Positions 24,726 through 37,850 of a DNA stretch of 64,000 nucleotides are shown here, one piece after another (the first letter of the stretch is position 1; every line of letters starts with the position of its first letter). The notes under the pieces are model-generated. The model was not told the DNA's origin. It did not search any database and worked only from the letters and a program-made list of their open reading frames with translations. Location of the stretch: assembly GCF_006345805.1 (NCBI RefSeq), contig NC_043001.1, positions 97,650,001 to 97,714,000 of the forward strand, read 5' to 3'. A program made the translations under genes and the position numbers. Source of the DNA: Octopus sinensis (lineage: Eukaryota).

Positions 24726-26417
24726 CTGAGAATGTGCATCAGACTGTCTCTATGTGTGAATCCCTAAAACTCGAAGGGAACCGAACCGATTTCATTCAAA
24801 TTTTATACATGCATTACTTACGGTGTCTGGAGTGTCATGCTTTAAAATATTTTCAACTTCCTGCCTTATGTGGGCCAGAGCAATCTTTTAGACTGGATCG
24901 GTATTACATGTCAAAATTTAATATTGTTTCACTTATATTCTTTCACTTTTAATTCTAATGCCATATCATTATAACTTTATTTCAATTTTATTCTTACATT
25001 TTAAATTCTGATGTGATAACGCTAAGATCCTCTTATTTCTATTATATTTGAAATAAATGAATAATTTATATCTTAATGGGAACAAAATAACGCGTCGGCA
25101 ACTTTCTCTCTTTACGTCCACGACAGCGGGATGTTGTTTTAATATATGTGTGTTGACTGCCATAACGAACGGCTGGGGATGAAACTCTTGAGAACAAAAA
25201 TAAATAAAGAGGGGGCTTGTCCAAGGTATATCAAAATACGAAATTACCGTTCAATTACCAGTCAATAATTAGCACAGCAGTTGCAAGTTTGTAAGATATT
25301 TACAGTTGCATATTAATCTTTATCATTTAATGTATGCGCTTCATATATATATATATATGTATGTATATATATATATATATATATAATGAAATTTATCTTT
25401 ATAATTATTGTGGCAGTTACTGTTCAATTAGCAGTTCATACATGTGCTTCTTTTTGGTTAATTTGCTTATATTTGGTTAATTTATACTGCAAACACAAAT
25501 GAAGACATACAACTGCTTACAAAAATAGAGATTAACGTATAATTTTTCTATGTTCATAATATTTTGTTTACAATATTTAAAAATATGTCAACAAAGAAAA
25601 GTAGTAATTTCTACAGAAACAAGTATAAAGGACAGAGGATTGTAGAAGACAGACGGCGAGAGTCTTATCTGAGAAAGGAGATGACATTTTATCATGATCA
25701 GCAAAGACATGCTGCAGCACGTCAGATAGAGTCTCAATACAGAAGGGAAATGGAACTTTCCCAAGAACAGCAAATGCATGCTGCAGTGCTTAACGCTGAA
25801 TTTTTAAAACAACGTTTAATGATTAGACAGAGGTCAAATAGAGAAGCCCTCAGAAACGGAACACGTACATATTTGTTCTTCACAACTCCTGGAGCTGCTT
25901 TCAAGTATTGTTATCGGATGACCTCTACTCAACTCCACTTTTCTCTCCGGGCTAGTCTATTTCATCGTCTCGGGGCGTCCACAGAACAGATATAATCCGC
26001 CCCATTCTTATAAAATGATAATTCCGGGGTGCTAAACGCAAATTGTCGTTTCTGCAAAATTTTAAAATTTCCAAATGAAACTAATAGCATATGCTGTTCA
26101 GGCAGTAAGCTAAGATTGGCCGCACTACCAGCTCCCACTCAACCTGTTATAGGTCTTCTGGAAGGCACTTTCAGCTATTCAAAGCATTTTCTGAACAATA
26201 TCAGACAATACAATTCTGCATTTCAAATGGCACTGTTTGGTGTAACTAAGGAGATAGCTGAACATGGATTTTTAAGTTCAAGGGCAATGCTGTCACCTCA
26301 TTGGTTCCCTTTTACCCACAAATCAACAACCAAAGTTCTCCCAAATTTACTTTATGAGTGATGTAGGACACCAGACCCAAATGAGGTGTCAAAACGTCAG
26401 ACGACGGGTCATGCTAG
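24722..26417 (+). mobile_element. Internally deleted Helitron
   Basis: 5' AAACTGAGAATG..AACCGATTTCATTCAAATTTT; RepHel N-terminal coding relic; ends ACGACGGGTCATGCTAG. Confidence 0.7.
26029..26361 (+). pseudogene. Helitron RepHel N-terminal fragment
   Basis: CRFCKILKFPNE..CCSG..SKHFLNNIRQYNSAFQM..FG, then in a shifted frame KVQGQCCHLIGSLLP..PKFSQIYF. Confidence 0.88.
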
Positions 26418-27818
26418 GTGCAGCGCTCGATCGCCGCAAAGAAGATTATACCCACTGACAGCTTTTCGATGCGTTCAAAAATCACATACCACCCGTCCCT
26501 AATTATCAATAGCAGGCTAGTCCCTGGAATCCTCCAAATAGATGCATGACATGTCGCTTAATTGGATTAGGGTATCGTTTGCTCCACTAATGATTTTTTT
26601 TAGTGTAGTAACTTTAGATAATTTATACACAGTGCAGTAATACGCAATGAATAGGAAGGACTATTAGGGTTTAGTAAAAATAATTTAGTTACCTACCAAA
26701 CAAGAATTACCAAGATAATCTCATTTATTACAATTCTTCAATGAGAATATGATTTACACATTTATTTGAAGAGTCAGTATTACCTAATACCATAGTGAAA
26801 TTAGCTTAATCGGTTAAGCAAAATAATGACGGGCTATTTACTGCATCAAGTGTTACGTTTGAATATTTACTGCATTAAATGTTAGTTTTGAATATTTTGT
26901 TTATGTTTTATACATTATATATAACCACGATGACCTTGTTGCAAGTTGAAACCAAAATTAATGGCGTTTTTTTTTTGCAGACTGTTCTTAATATAAGATA
27001 TAACACGTCACACTTACACAGCTTTTAAATAACAAGAACTAAACGAAGAAAGAAAAAGAAAAAAATGCGCAATAAATGTTCCAATGATACAACATATATG
27101 GAGTGAAACAGCCGTTTAAAGTAAACTATTACCATATATATTTCTGTTTCGTCTGAGAATAATTTAACATAGGTATTTTTATATCTCGTAGTAACATTTA
27201 AATTAGTTTCTACTCACATTGTAAAAGTATTTCTAATTCTAATGAAGCTAAGACTCCATTACATTTTATATTCCTTTCTTTTTATGGAGAAGCTCAATAG
27301 TTTACGTTTGATTGCATCTTTATTGATGTGTATTTCTATGTATGCTTGGCTTTGTCTATAGCATATAGGAATGGAATTGATAAATGTTTTCGTGTTTCTG
27401 GCTTCCTCTCACTATATGTTTCTGAGGTGAATATATATCGAGAACTTCTTCTAAGTGTATATACGCAAATGCACACACATCCACGCATACACACACACAC
27501 ATGCAGACACGTACACGCTCAGAAAGAGAAGACGAGAGGAAGATATATATATATATATACACACATGTATACATACACATGATCGGTTTCCTCATAGACA
27601 CTCCATACGTCTGCGTGTCGTTGCGAGATTTATTTAAGGCCGTGTCAATACTTACAATCTTCTATATGTTTCTCTACGAACACATCTCCATATATCTCAT
27701 ATATATGTTTGTGGCCTGTATTTGTAAATTATGTGTTAGTATCTACATACATACATATATACACACACACGATCACACGCTCAACACACACACACACACA
27801 CACACGTATATATATATA

Positions 27819-27900
<82 letters not shown>

Positions 27901-27935
27901 TATGTGTATTTATATTTATATATATATATATATAT

Positions 27936-27969
<34 letters not shown>

Positions 27970-28742
27970 ATATATATATAATATATATATCTGTGTGTGT
28001 ATGCTTTGGCAGTATTTTTCTTGTAATATCTCTTTCTGGCCTTCTGCACATCATACTTCTATTCTGCCCATATTTTATTATCTGCTCTACTACTTGTAAA
28101 ATGTAGACTTTGCTAGCAATTATCGTACATCTATGACAAAGAATTTCACAGTGCTGCAAATTTCCCTAGCGCTTGGTCGTATCTTAGGTTTTATTGCTTG
28201 AAATTAATATATTGTTAGAAAGCCGAGTTGCAGATAGTCGAATTTTTCGCATGGAAGCTTGATGCATGCTTGGGAAATCAATAGTAACTATTACACACTT
28301 TTGAACTCTAGCTCCAAGATTCAATTCTTCTTTGGGAAAAGTCTTCTTTGATTCTGCTAGCTCACAAGCTATTACTTTTCAACGTAAAATATTTTACCCA
28401 CTTTCATAGCTACAACTAATAATATGGCTTGTTAGAAGCACTTACTTTTAAATGGTGCGAAATAAAAATAACAATATAAATAAGCAAAAGTATCAGAGAG
28501 TGTAAAAGTGAAAATCTTGTGGACTGAAGTGGGGTGACGTCACAAAACTTCAGCACTTCCGGATCTTTTTTTGTTTGTTTGTTTTATCGTCTTGTCTGAC
28601 ATATATAATAAAAGCAATCTTCAAAAGAATTTACTTTTCCTTAACATAGTCATATTTTTCAAGTTAGTGCTGAAAGTATGTAATGAATTAACGTTTTCTT
28701 TTCGTTACCATATGTGGAAACTCATACAAGTACATACACACC

Positions 28743-28775
<33 letters not shown>

Positions 28776-28917
28776 ATGAGTGTATGTGTGTGCGTGTTTG
28801 TGTGTGTTTGTATGTGTATATTTGTGTCCGTGCACATATGCACAGACACGTGTTATGTATATAATAGACACACACATACATATGTATAATTCGTATACAT
28901 ACATACGTGTATATATA

Positions 28918-29010
<93 letters not shown>

Positions 29011-29039
29011 ATATATATATATATATACAGAAATGTACT

Positions 29040-29203
29040 TGCATAGCAAGTGACCTGATCTCAGATCGCGTGCTGAAACAAAAAGAATTGCAGCGTGGAA
29101 GGCGTTTATAATCCTTTAAATTAAATTTAAATGCTTAAGTGAATATAACGGTTTTTTGTGTATCTTTAAATGGCTTATAAACACCTTTCATGCTGCAATT
29201 GTA
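29040..29203. mobile_element. Short PLE-like insert with inversion between TA tracts
   Basis: Arms AATTGCAGCGTGGAAGGCGTTTATAA (from 29087) / TTATAAACACCTTTCATGCTGCAATT (to 29200). Confidence 0.55.
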
Positions 29204-29210
29204 TACATAA

Positions 29211-29296
<86 letters not shown>

Positions 29297-29462
29297 CTGT
29301 GTGTGTGTGTGTGTGTGTTTGTGTGTGTATAATTGTTAATGAGGAGGGTAAAACGTTAATGCAAGGCAAACATCGCAAGTCGTATACAATATTATTATTG
29401 GAAAAATTTGTTTTCAATAATACGTCAATGGATTAGGTATTTTCTAACAAACACTACCCAGC

Positions 29463-30490
29463 ATGTTGTGGTTGATGCCATCTACTCAAGACCAGCGAAT
29501 GTCATCAGCTGAGTCCGGCAGGGTACTGTGCGGTGTTCACCTTTTTATTTACTGTATCAATGGTATTGCAGATTCCATTGGACATAACACCATTAAAATA
29601 TTTTCAGATGACTCTAAGCTCCAGAATGTCATTATGGAAGAATATGATCGAACGATGCTTCAATCGGACCTATGCGCAGTAACCCAGTGAGCACACACAA
29701 AAAAACAACATGCAGTCAAACGAAGAAATATTTGAGCTCATCCACTTTCAAAAAGTTGGCACACTCAAACGACAATATACACTACGTTCGGGAGACCTAT
29801 TTGAACTCTCGGATAATACGAGAGACTTAGCTGTAACTGTCGGCAGCAACCTTACATGGATTGCGCATATCAACAAAAAAGTCGATGTTGCCAGTAGAAT
29901 GCGTTCACGGATCCTCAAAACTTTTCAAAGTGGTGATCATAAAAACATCTCCCTTCTCTTCACCACATTCGCTGGGCCCCAACTCGAATACTGTTGCCCA
30001 TTATGCCCTCCTATAAAAGGCAATACATAATGAGGATCGAAGCGTCAAAACGATCAATCACTACAAAAAATAAAACACATGTTGGGGCTTGATTATTGGG
30101 CTCGATTTAAACAGCTGAAAGTCTATTCTCTGCAACGCCTCCGTGAGCGACACATTACTTGCACCATGTGGAAATATTCATCCAATATTATCCAAATGAT
30201 ATAGTATTATGTTTAAAATTCACCCACGTCTACGCCCCTTTGCAATTCGTCCCCTACAAAGGTCGACATTGCATCACATAAGAAATTCGCGACACAATTT
30301 CTTCACTGCAAATTTTCCTGCTCTTTTCAATGTTATCTCCTAAAGAAATTAAAGTAGAAGAAACACCACAACTTTCAAATGGTAACTAGACAAATTTCTC
30401 CAGGAAATACCATATAAACCACCTACACTTGGATATGTCTCAACCAACAGCAACTCTCTTCTTGAGTGGTCCACGTTGTCGGACCTTGTG
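29463..30490 (+). pseudogene. Decayed CR1/L2-group LINE RT 3' part
   Basis: LFIYCINGI..IKIFSDDSKL (~FADD), RDLAVTVGSNLTWIAHI, PQLEYCCPL, YSLQRLRER, LDKFLQEIP..NSL. Confidence 0.88.
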
Positions 30491-30534
30491 CTGTTGAATT
30501 CTAACACAGCCTAGGACCGATTAAAGCCTATCTG

Positions 30535-30742
30535 TGTGTGCGTTGGCTTTGTCTCCCATCACATCTTGACAACTGGTGTTGTGCTTTTTACCTCCCCGTT
30601 ACCTAGTTACTCGGCAACAGAGATGGTAGAATAAGTACCTCGGCTTTAAAATTGAATCCTGGAAGTGACTTGTTCGATTGAAACCCTTAAAGGTGGTGCT
30701 CCAACATCGCCGAATTCCAATAACTGAAACAAGTAAAAGAAA
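30535..30742 (+). mobile_element. Major SINE, 3' half
   Basis: CCCCGTTACCTAG..AGAATAAGTAC..AAGGTGGTGCTCCAACATCGCC..CTGAAACAAGTAAAAG. Confidence 0.8.
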
Positions 30743-30846
30743 ACAATAAATACAAAGGCAAAATTTATATCCAAGTTAACATGGATGTCTTAGGTGAATA
30801 CAGAATACTGCATTATTAGCCATGAGATATCCTTTCGTATGCCTAC

Positions 30847-31620
30847 ATGGTGATATCCTTTCATGTAGTTACTATACACACAGAGCGTAGCAAACCAGAA
30901 TTGTCGGTCATTCTTATATATTATCTCATTCGTCTGGAAAACATCAATTCGATGCATACGGTCATCGCTTACCTTTCAAATGACGTTACAATGATATACC
31001 GAGCATCAACATCTTTTCAGATAGAATGTGTTTGTTTTTATGGCCCAAGCGCCAATGTGAGAGGATCTCACAAGGCTATTAACGCAGTATTCGTTGTTAT
31101 AATAAGACAAATATGTTAAAATTGATATAAATATTCTGTTTGTTCATTCAGCTATCCTCGTTAAGAATTTATTTTTAACACGCTTACTGGTTATTGGCGA
31201 CATCAGTGCTCTCTCACATAGAAGGGTCCCATTTAAACTGGTTTCTGATAAAAAAAAAAAAGCGAACAGTGTGAATCTGTTTCTACACTAAAATTCAACC
31301 GTGCCCCCACCCGAACCAAAGCTGCAGACCTACAATGTTAAATCTCAAACAAAATAGAGCAGATATAGTGAAATAAATGGCAAAAGCTGTCATATCAAGC
31401 GGCGCCTCAAAACTGTAGCATACGGTGGCGATCCGCCATCTTTAGGCAAACGACTGCATCTACAAAGCTCGAAATGTGAAAATGTTTTTCTTAAACTACC
31501 CTACGTGAACGACAGAACAACTGCAGCTACACAACATACAAACAACAAGGAGGAACTCAACATAGAGACGGTGCACGTCGCTCCATCCCAGTCAGGCCTG
31601 AGTCAAGCATTCAGTTATTC
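30847..31620 (+). pseudogene. Decayed Penelope-type RT/thumb region
   Basis: Ordered motifs ISFHVVTIHT (~SLDVVSLYT), FQIECVCFY (~FxFxxxxY), NLFLH*NS..P (~LHxxSxHP), LKLPYVNDRT..KEELNI (PLE thumb-like). Confidence 0.55.
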
Positions 31621-32805
31621 AAGAAAAAAAACCTACACTGTTACTTATTTCTTTATCTTTTCCCTGTTACAAGCTTTTCAGTTCCTTTGGGAAAACCAAA
31701 CAAAATCCCAAAGACATGCTCTATTGCGTTAAGTATACAGTATCAATTTATAAACTTAACAAAAACTATTTCAGTGTCTTTTTTCAAGCTTGCAACTGCG
31801 TATCATATTTTCTAAGTTTTATAAACAATCTTCCAAATAATCACACTAACATCGGGGAAGACCGGATGGAATCTGTAGTTATCAGTGAATTACTTTAATG
31901 GGACTAATCTATCACGTAAGATGAATTGTCCTGTTTTAGATCGTTAACATTCGTTCACTGAAAAATTACTATTTCTGAACCAGCGTATTTAATTGGAAAT
32001 TGGTTTTTAATTGTTGTAAAATATGTCGTATATCAGATTAGTGCTTCTTAGTTAAAATTAATCTTCATTTAGCTTCCGAATAAGAGTATTTATTTCCCCC
32101 ACGGTTTTAGATTCCAGTTTATTCTCATAAAGAAATAATGTTAGTTTGACGTGAGCTTGTGGTTCACTAACTTGTATCGGTGGTTAAAATTCCCCGCATG
32201 AACAAAAGATATTTTTATGATGTGCAAACAAAACTTTCACTAATGTATAAATGGGTGTATGTAACATTTGATCAGTCCTTGCTTATATTGATTGAAACTA
32301 ATGCAATGTTGGGAAAGTTTAACCTATGTGTGAGTGTGTGTGTCTGTGTGTAAGTGTGTATATGTTAATAAGAGAAAACAGAAGTGAAACGTTATCAGAA
32401 TTGTAGCAGTTGCACTGATAAATGAAAATGATAAGATATGAAGAAAATATATCAGGAAATTCATTGCAATACTAAGTATACAGTTATATATTTTGGGTGC
32501 CACACATACGATTTTACATGCATCCCAAAAATTGAAGCAGGGAACTGTTTCATCGAACAAGACATCACATTCTGATTTTTCATATGCCTATCAATCTAGA
32601 TTATATTTCAAGTAACAGAATATTTGATTGTTGCCACAAAGCAGAATTGTTTCGGTACACATTAATTTCTGAATTGATAAAAATGATGCATTCGTTCAAA
32701 TTTAGAAAAATCTTTTATATGACAGATCATAGATACATCTATATATTAATGTGATCTTGTATGAGTCAATACATGCATATGCATAAGGTATCGCCTATGA
32801 TGATG

Positions 32806-32849
<44 letters not shown>

Positions 32850-32960
32850 GATAATAATAATAATAATATTGATAATAACCTGTATGTATATACATGTATA
32901 AATGTGTGTGTACGTTTGCTTATATTCATATATACGTCTATACACACACACACATATATA

Positions 32961-32992
<32 letters not shown>

Positions 32993-33022
32993 TAGTCAGT
33001 AACTGGTGGGGTTGTTTCCTCT

Positions 33023-33206
<184 letters not shown>

Positions 33207-33212
33207 TTATAC

Positions 33213-33253
<41 letters not shown>

Positions 33254-34682
33254 TATCTATACATATATATATCCTACTATATTATAATATATATATTATA
33301 TATATATATATAAACCTATACTCTAACATATATGTATACATGTGCAGAGATGTATGTATCTACGCATACAAGTGCATGTAAGTGTGTACGCAAGAATTTC
33401 TTTATATGTATATAAAAGAACGCATTTTTGTAATTCTTTAGGTCTCAATATACATCCATTTTCCTGTACGTTGTGTAGCTTTTTGCATAGAATCTTACGT
33501 TAACGTACATGTCAAGTGTTTCCCATACATATGAGTGCTTCGTTCGAGTTATATTCTGTTCTTTCTACTACTTTTGTATCTAACACGTAAAGAACACAGT
33601 GACGGGGTGGGCAATGAAATCAAAAGTTGTTTTAATGCTCTCTGAAAACAAATTGATTTAATCACAGGTTTTTTTTTCTTTTTTTTTTTAGTTTTCGTTT
33701 ATTCCAGTCACCATCAAATGTGTTTTAGCAAGCAGTCCTTCACGTCCTGTTTCTTTGTATCGTTTCATTTCTTTTGTTTTTCTTTTTGTTCAGGCGTTTT
33801 ACCTTTTGTCATGAATGATAGTTTGACTCGAATATAACTGGAAAATATGGCTCTTGAGAACTTTTATGTCCGAGTTTATTTGATCAAGATAGATTATATT
33901 GTAGTTCAGCTTATTTGCTTTCCACTGTAACTTATCGTTTGACATTGTGAAAGCATATAAATTGACATTCCACTATCATAATCCGATTGCATGAAATGGA
34001 TTTACTTGGCTGACACTATTTCTTTGTTGTAGAATATCGTGTCTCTCTACATCCGTAAAAGATTTGTGATACGCAAGAAGTAATATCTATATTATATATA
34101 TTTTATTTGTGCAGTACGTTCTGAAGTTTCTGCTGCTGTTTAGCTTCAGTTCAGTCATGAACAAGCGGGTTCGTGATCAAAAGCGCTTTTCTCGTGCCTA
34201 TCTAATTTATTTTCCAGATATATTCTATCAAGGACTACACTATCCAGTATGACATTCCAATAATGCCATGTGACGATGATCGGTTTACTATTCATGGCAG
34301 ATCGAGTGACCGAAAGCAGACTACCACACTGGCTTTTAAATCCTGTTTTTGCGTGATATTCTATTGTAATATCTGATAATAAATATTGGTACTTTATTTA
34401 TTACAGTGACATGTTAGAGGAAATATGAATCTAAACTACTTCTCCTTTTGCTAAGGATAATTGCAGAAATAAAATATGATAAACGATTTTGTAGGGACAT
34501 CGAACCCACCACGTTGGATAAAAATAATTTAGTAGCAGTTATTCCGTTCAGTTATGCTCTGAGATTAAATTATACTAAGGGCAGCTTTGTCTTTCATCCA
34601 TTCGAGCTCAATAAAATAAAGTGCAACTCAAATACCCGACTATTCCGCCTCAATATATTGTATGCCTTGTGACTATAGTATA

Positions 34683-34762
<80 letters not shown>

Positions 34763-35324
34763 CACCACCACTATCCCGTAATGGTTGTCGGAGACGTAAT
34801 CTTGTATATGTCGTATTTTTATTTTAAACTAGACAAGCGTCTTATGAAGGCAAAATATTAAGACTTATTAGCAAAAAACAACCACAAGACACCATCCACG
34901 AAATTTCTGGTGTTCTTATTAAAAAAATATATTGAAACAAATGTTACACATGCAATAATTACAAAGTAGTGGAAGCAACCAGTATAAGAGATACTCACGT
35001 TTGAAAGTGCATCTATACTACTCTGCAGTAAATATATCACTGTGCAGTAAATATACTACTACTACTCAAAGTATTAACAGGATACATAGAAGAAAGGCCA
35101 TGCTCTTCATGCTCCTGTTCTTTGCATTCTCTGTTCAAATTCGACATTGTGACTTAGCATTGAAGCTAACAGAACTTTTTTACACCTATACCCAATCGTA
35201 AGGTAATATTACTGCTCACGTATTAGATGTCAACGCATTTGCCATCCCCACATCTCTGAGGAATTACTATCTTTCTGCCTATATCACAACCATTACTTAC
35301 TAAACCTACAGCATTCTTTTATTA

Positions 35325-35632
35325 TTTAACTTATTTCGGTCATTTTACTGCAGCCATACTGGAGCATCACCTTGAAGGCATTTTTAGTCGATTAAATCGA
35401 CCCCAGGACTTACTTCTTTAGCCTAGTACCTATCCTATTGTTTTTTTTTCGATGAACTACTAAGTTACAGCCGGGTAAACATATCAACCCCAGTTGTCAA
35501 TTAGTGATGGGGACAAACACACACACACATACACACACACACGCACGCACGCACACATGTATTTATGCATACGACGGGCCTCTTTCAGTTTCCGTCTACC
35601 AAATCCACTGACAAGTCCTTGGCAAGCCCGAG
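35325..35632 (-). mobile_element. Major SINE, partial
   Basis: GTCGATTAAATCGACCCCAGGACTTA..TTTCAGTTTCCGTCTACCAAATCCACT on the plus strand is the reverse complement of the 23073 family. Confidence 0.82.
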
Positions 35633-36250
35633 AACTCATCAGTTCTCATTTGGCCATAAATTTTAAACCAATTTATTTTCAGCCGTAGGCTAACAGTCTC
35701 CGACCAGACACTAGATATATGCATTCTTATTTCAGACTGTATTCTTTTAGATTTATACTGAGTTTTAAAATGTAAACTTTTACTAAGATGGTGTGGTAAT
35801 ATTTGCAGTCATTTCTCCGATATTTCTCCTTTCTTTAGCAGCCGCAAACTGTTTGCTTTAGTCAAGGTAACGTGAAAATCACAAGAAAAAAAGAGAGAAA
35901 TAATCCAGCTTAATATTAAAGCATCGTTATGTCATTGAATAATCGTTGCAACGGGAAATTGATACATCGTCAAGATGTCGCCTTTCTGCAAATACTATAA
36001 TGCATCTGATTAAATTACCAGGGAAGACAGTGATATGGTCACAGCTATTTTCCGAATTAAATGAAAGAAAAGAAAGTAAGAATACAAAAATGTGTCTGAT
36101 TTTGTGATGACATAATGAGACCGCCATGTCTCGCTTTCAAAATCATTAGCGGGGTAAGAATAATTAATCTGTTTCCCATTAAAAAAAAATTGACGCAGAC
36201 TATCTTTGAATGCGCATTCTTAAAATATCAAGCATGTACAAAAGCATTTG

Positions 36251-36350
<100 letters not shown>

Positions 36351-36510
36351 ATAGGTAATGTTTATCGTCACATCAGTATAGCTGTTCGGCGTTGCCACTG
36401 TTTAACCCTAGGAGGAGTTAGCTGGTTATCGATGCAATCTCCACCCAGTGCCCAGTATATATTGTAAACAGGGGAGCAAACCGCGACCAGCTTCTAGCAG
36501 ACGGCAGGAT

Positions 36511-36557
36511 CACCAGACTGAACGGTTTCGGACTATTTATGCTCATCTTCAGTGGAG
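36511..36557 (-). ncRNA. Hammerhead ribozyme with intact core and eroded stems, in a pLTR-like element (36352-37182)
   Basis: Minus strand: CTCCA-CTGAAGA-TGAGC(ataaata)GTCC-GAAA-CCGTTCAG-TC-TGGTG. Direct repeats 36352-36400/37133-37182 and 36561-36578/36993-37010. Confidence 0.65.
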
Positions 36558-37329
36558 AAAATCCGGCCGCTAGAAGTAAACTCTTTATTATGATCATTTG
36601 ATCGAATATAGAAAAGAGAGACAAATACAAAAATGTTACATGAGTTCGAATGAGACTTTTAAGAATTTAATTATACTATGAAATAAACGAATAATTGGCT
36701 TACTTTTGCATTTACATAGAGAACTTTAGTGGGTTTTTTTTTTAAATTAAAACTAGAGAATATAACGTTTATAAAGGGTAAAAGAATAGCAGGTTCAAAA
36801 AATTGAACCCGGCAGTCAATAAGGCCCAGCAACTAGTTTCACTTTCTTCGATGATTAAGCTGGGTTACTAACATTCACCTTTCTCATCACATCCTTCCAT
36901 CGTTTTCCCTATTCACTCGGTGGCAGGGTCTTCCTCTCCAATCCCATCTTGCTCTTCAGATGATATCTAAAGTAATCTAGCAAACCGGGGCATCCGGCCG
37001 CTAGAGGTAGTAGGAATTCGCTCCAGCTCGCAATATAGACAAAAGCACGCTACAATCACTCAATGATCTTGGAACAAGCAAACTAGCTAGTTAGAAAACC
37101 TCTATAAGAGATGAAAATAGAAATTATACTGAGAGGTAATGTTTACGTCAAATCAGTATGGCTGTTCGACGTAGCTACCATGTTCATACTCATAACTGGT
37201 ATTCTTTGAAACAGCAAATACTCCGATAGTTAATTCTGGGCGTGTTGTTAGTTGTAGAAATATTTAGGTCTACTTTCATTAAGTAGTAAGAAAGTTAAGA
37301 TGGAAATTACTATTGGACTGAGGTAGGGT

Positions 37330-37850
37330 TGTACCATGCCACTCTTCCTATTTCTGTTGGCGATTGATTTCAAAATGCACGAAGCGTGGATAACCACAGT
37401 TTTTAAATAACCGGTTTGGAAAAACACTGCAGTTGTAGGCGAATGTTGATCTATGCATTAGTGCAAAAGGAAAAAAAACGCCAAAGCTATATGAATTAGT
37501 GGAGCCCATGTACAAGCTGTCCATCTCGGACATGACCTAACCGTGTACGTCAATATGTTTTTATATTTCAGAAGCTGTACTTCTAACGAGAGTTATGTAG
37601 GAGTGCATTCAAGATCAGGAACTCAGTGTTCCAACGTCTTTGTGATAAAAGATAATCAGTAAGATACAGGTATATTTCTATAAAACAACCTGCGAAACTT
37701 AGAAGGAAAGACAGCGAAAATCTCTCAGTTTCTGACCGTATTCCATCGACACTAACGATGTTCAGTCTTGGGCATCTCTGGTCACGACAGATTGAGCAAC
37801 AAATAGTTTATAATATTAGCTGCATGCGAAGTTTGCAAACCATGTTGACT
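37330..37850 (+). pseudogene. Possible BEL/Pao integrase relic
   Basis: AIDF, QAVHL (~RAVHLE), FRS..HSRSGTQ (~FRRF..SDNGTNF), WASLV (~WERLV) in order. Confidence 0.33.
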
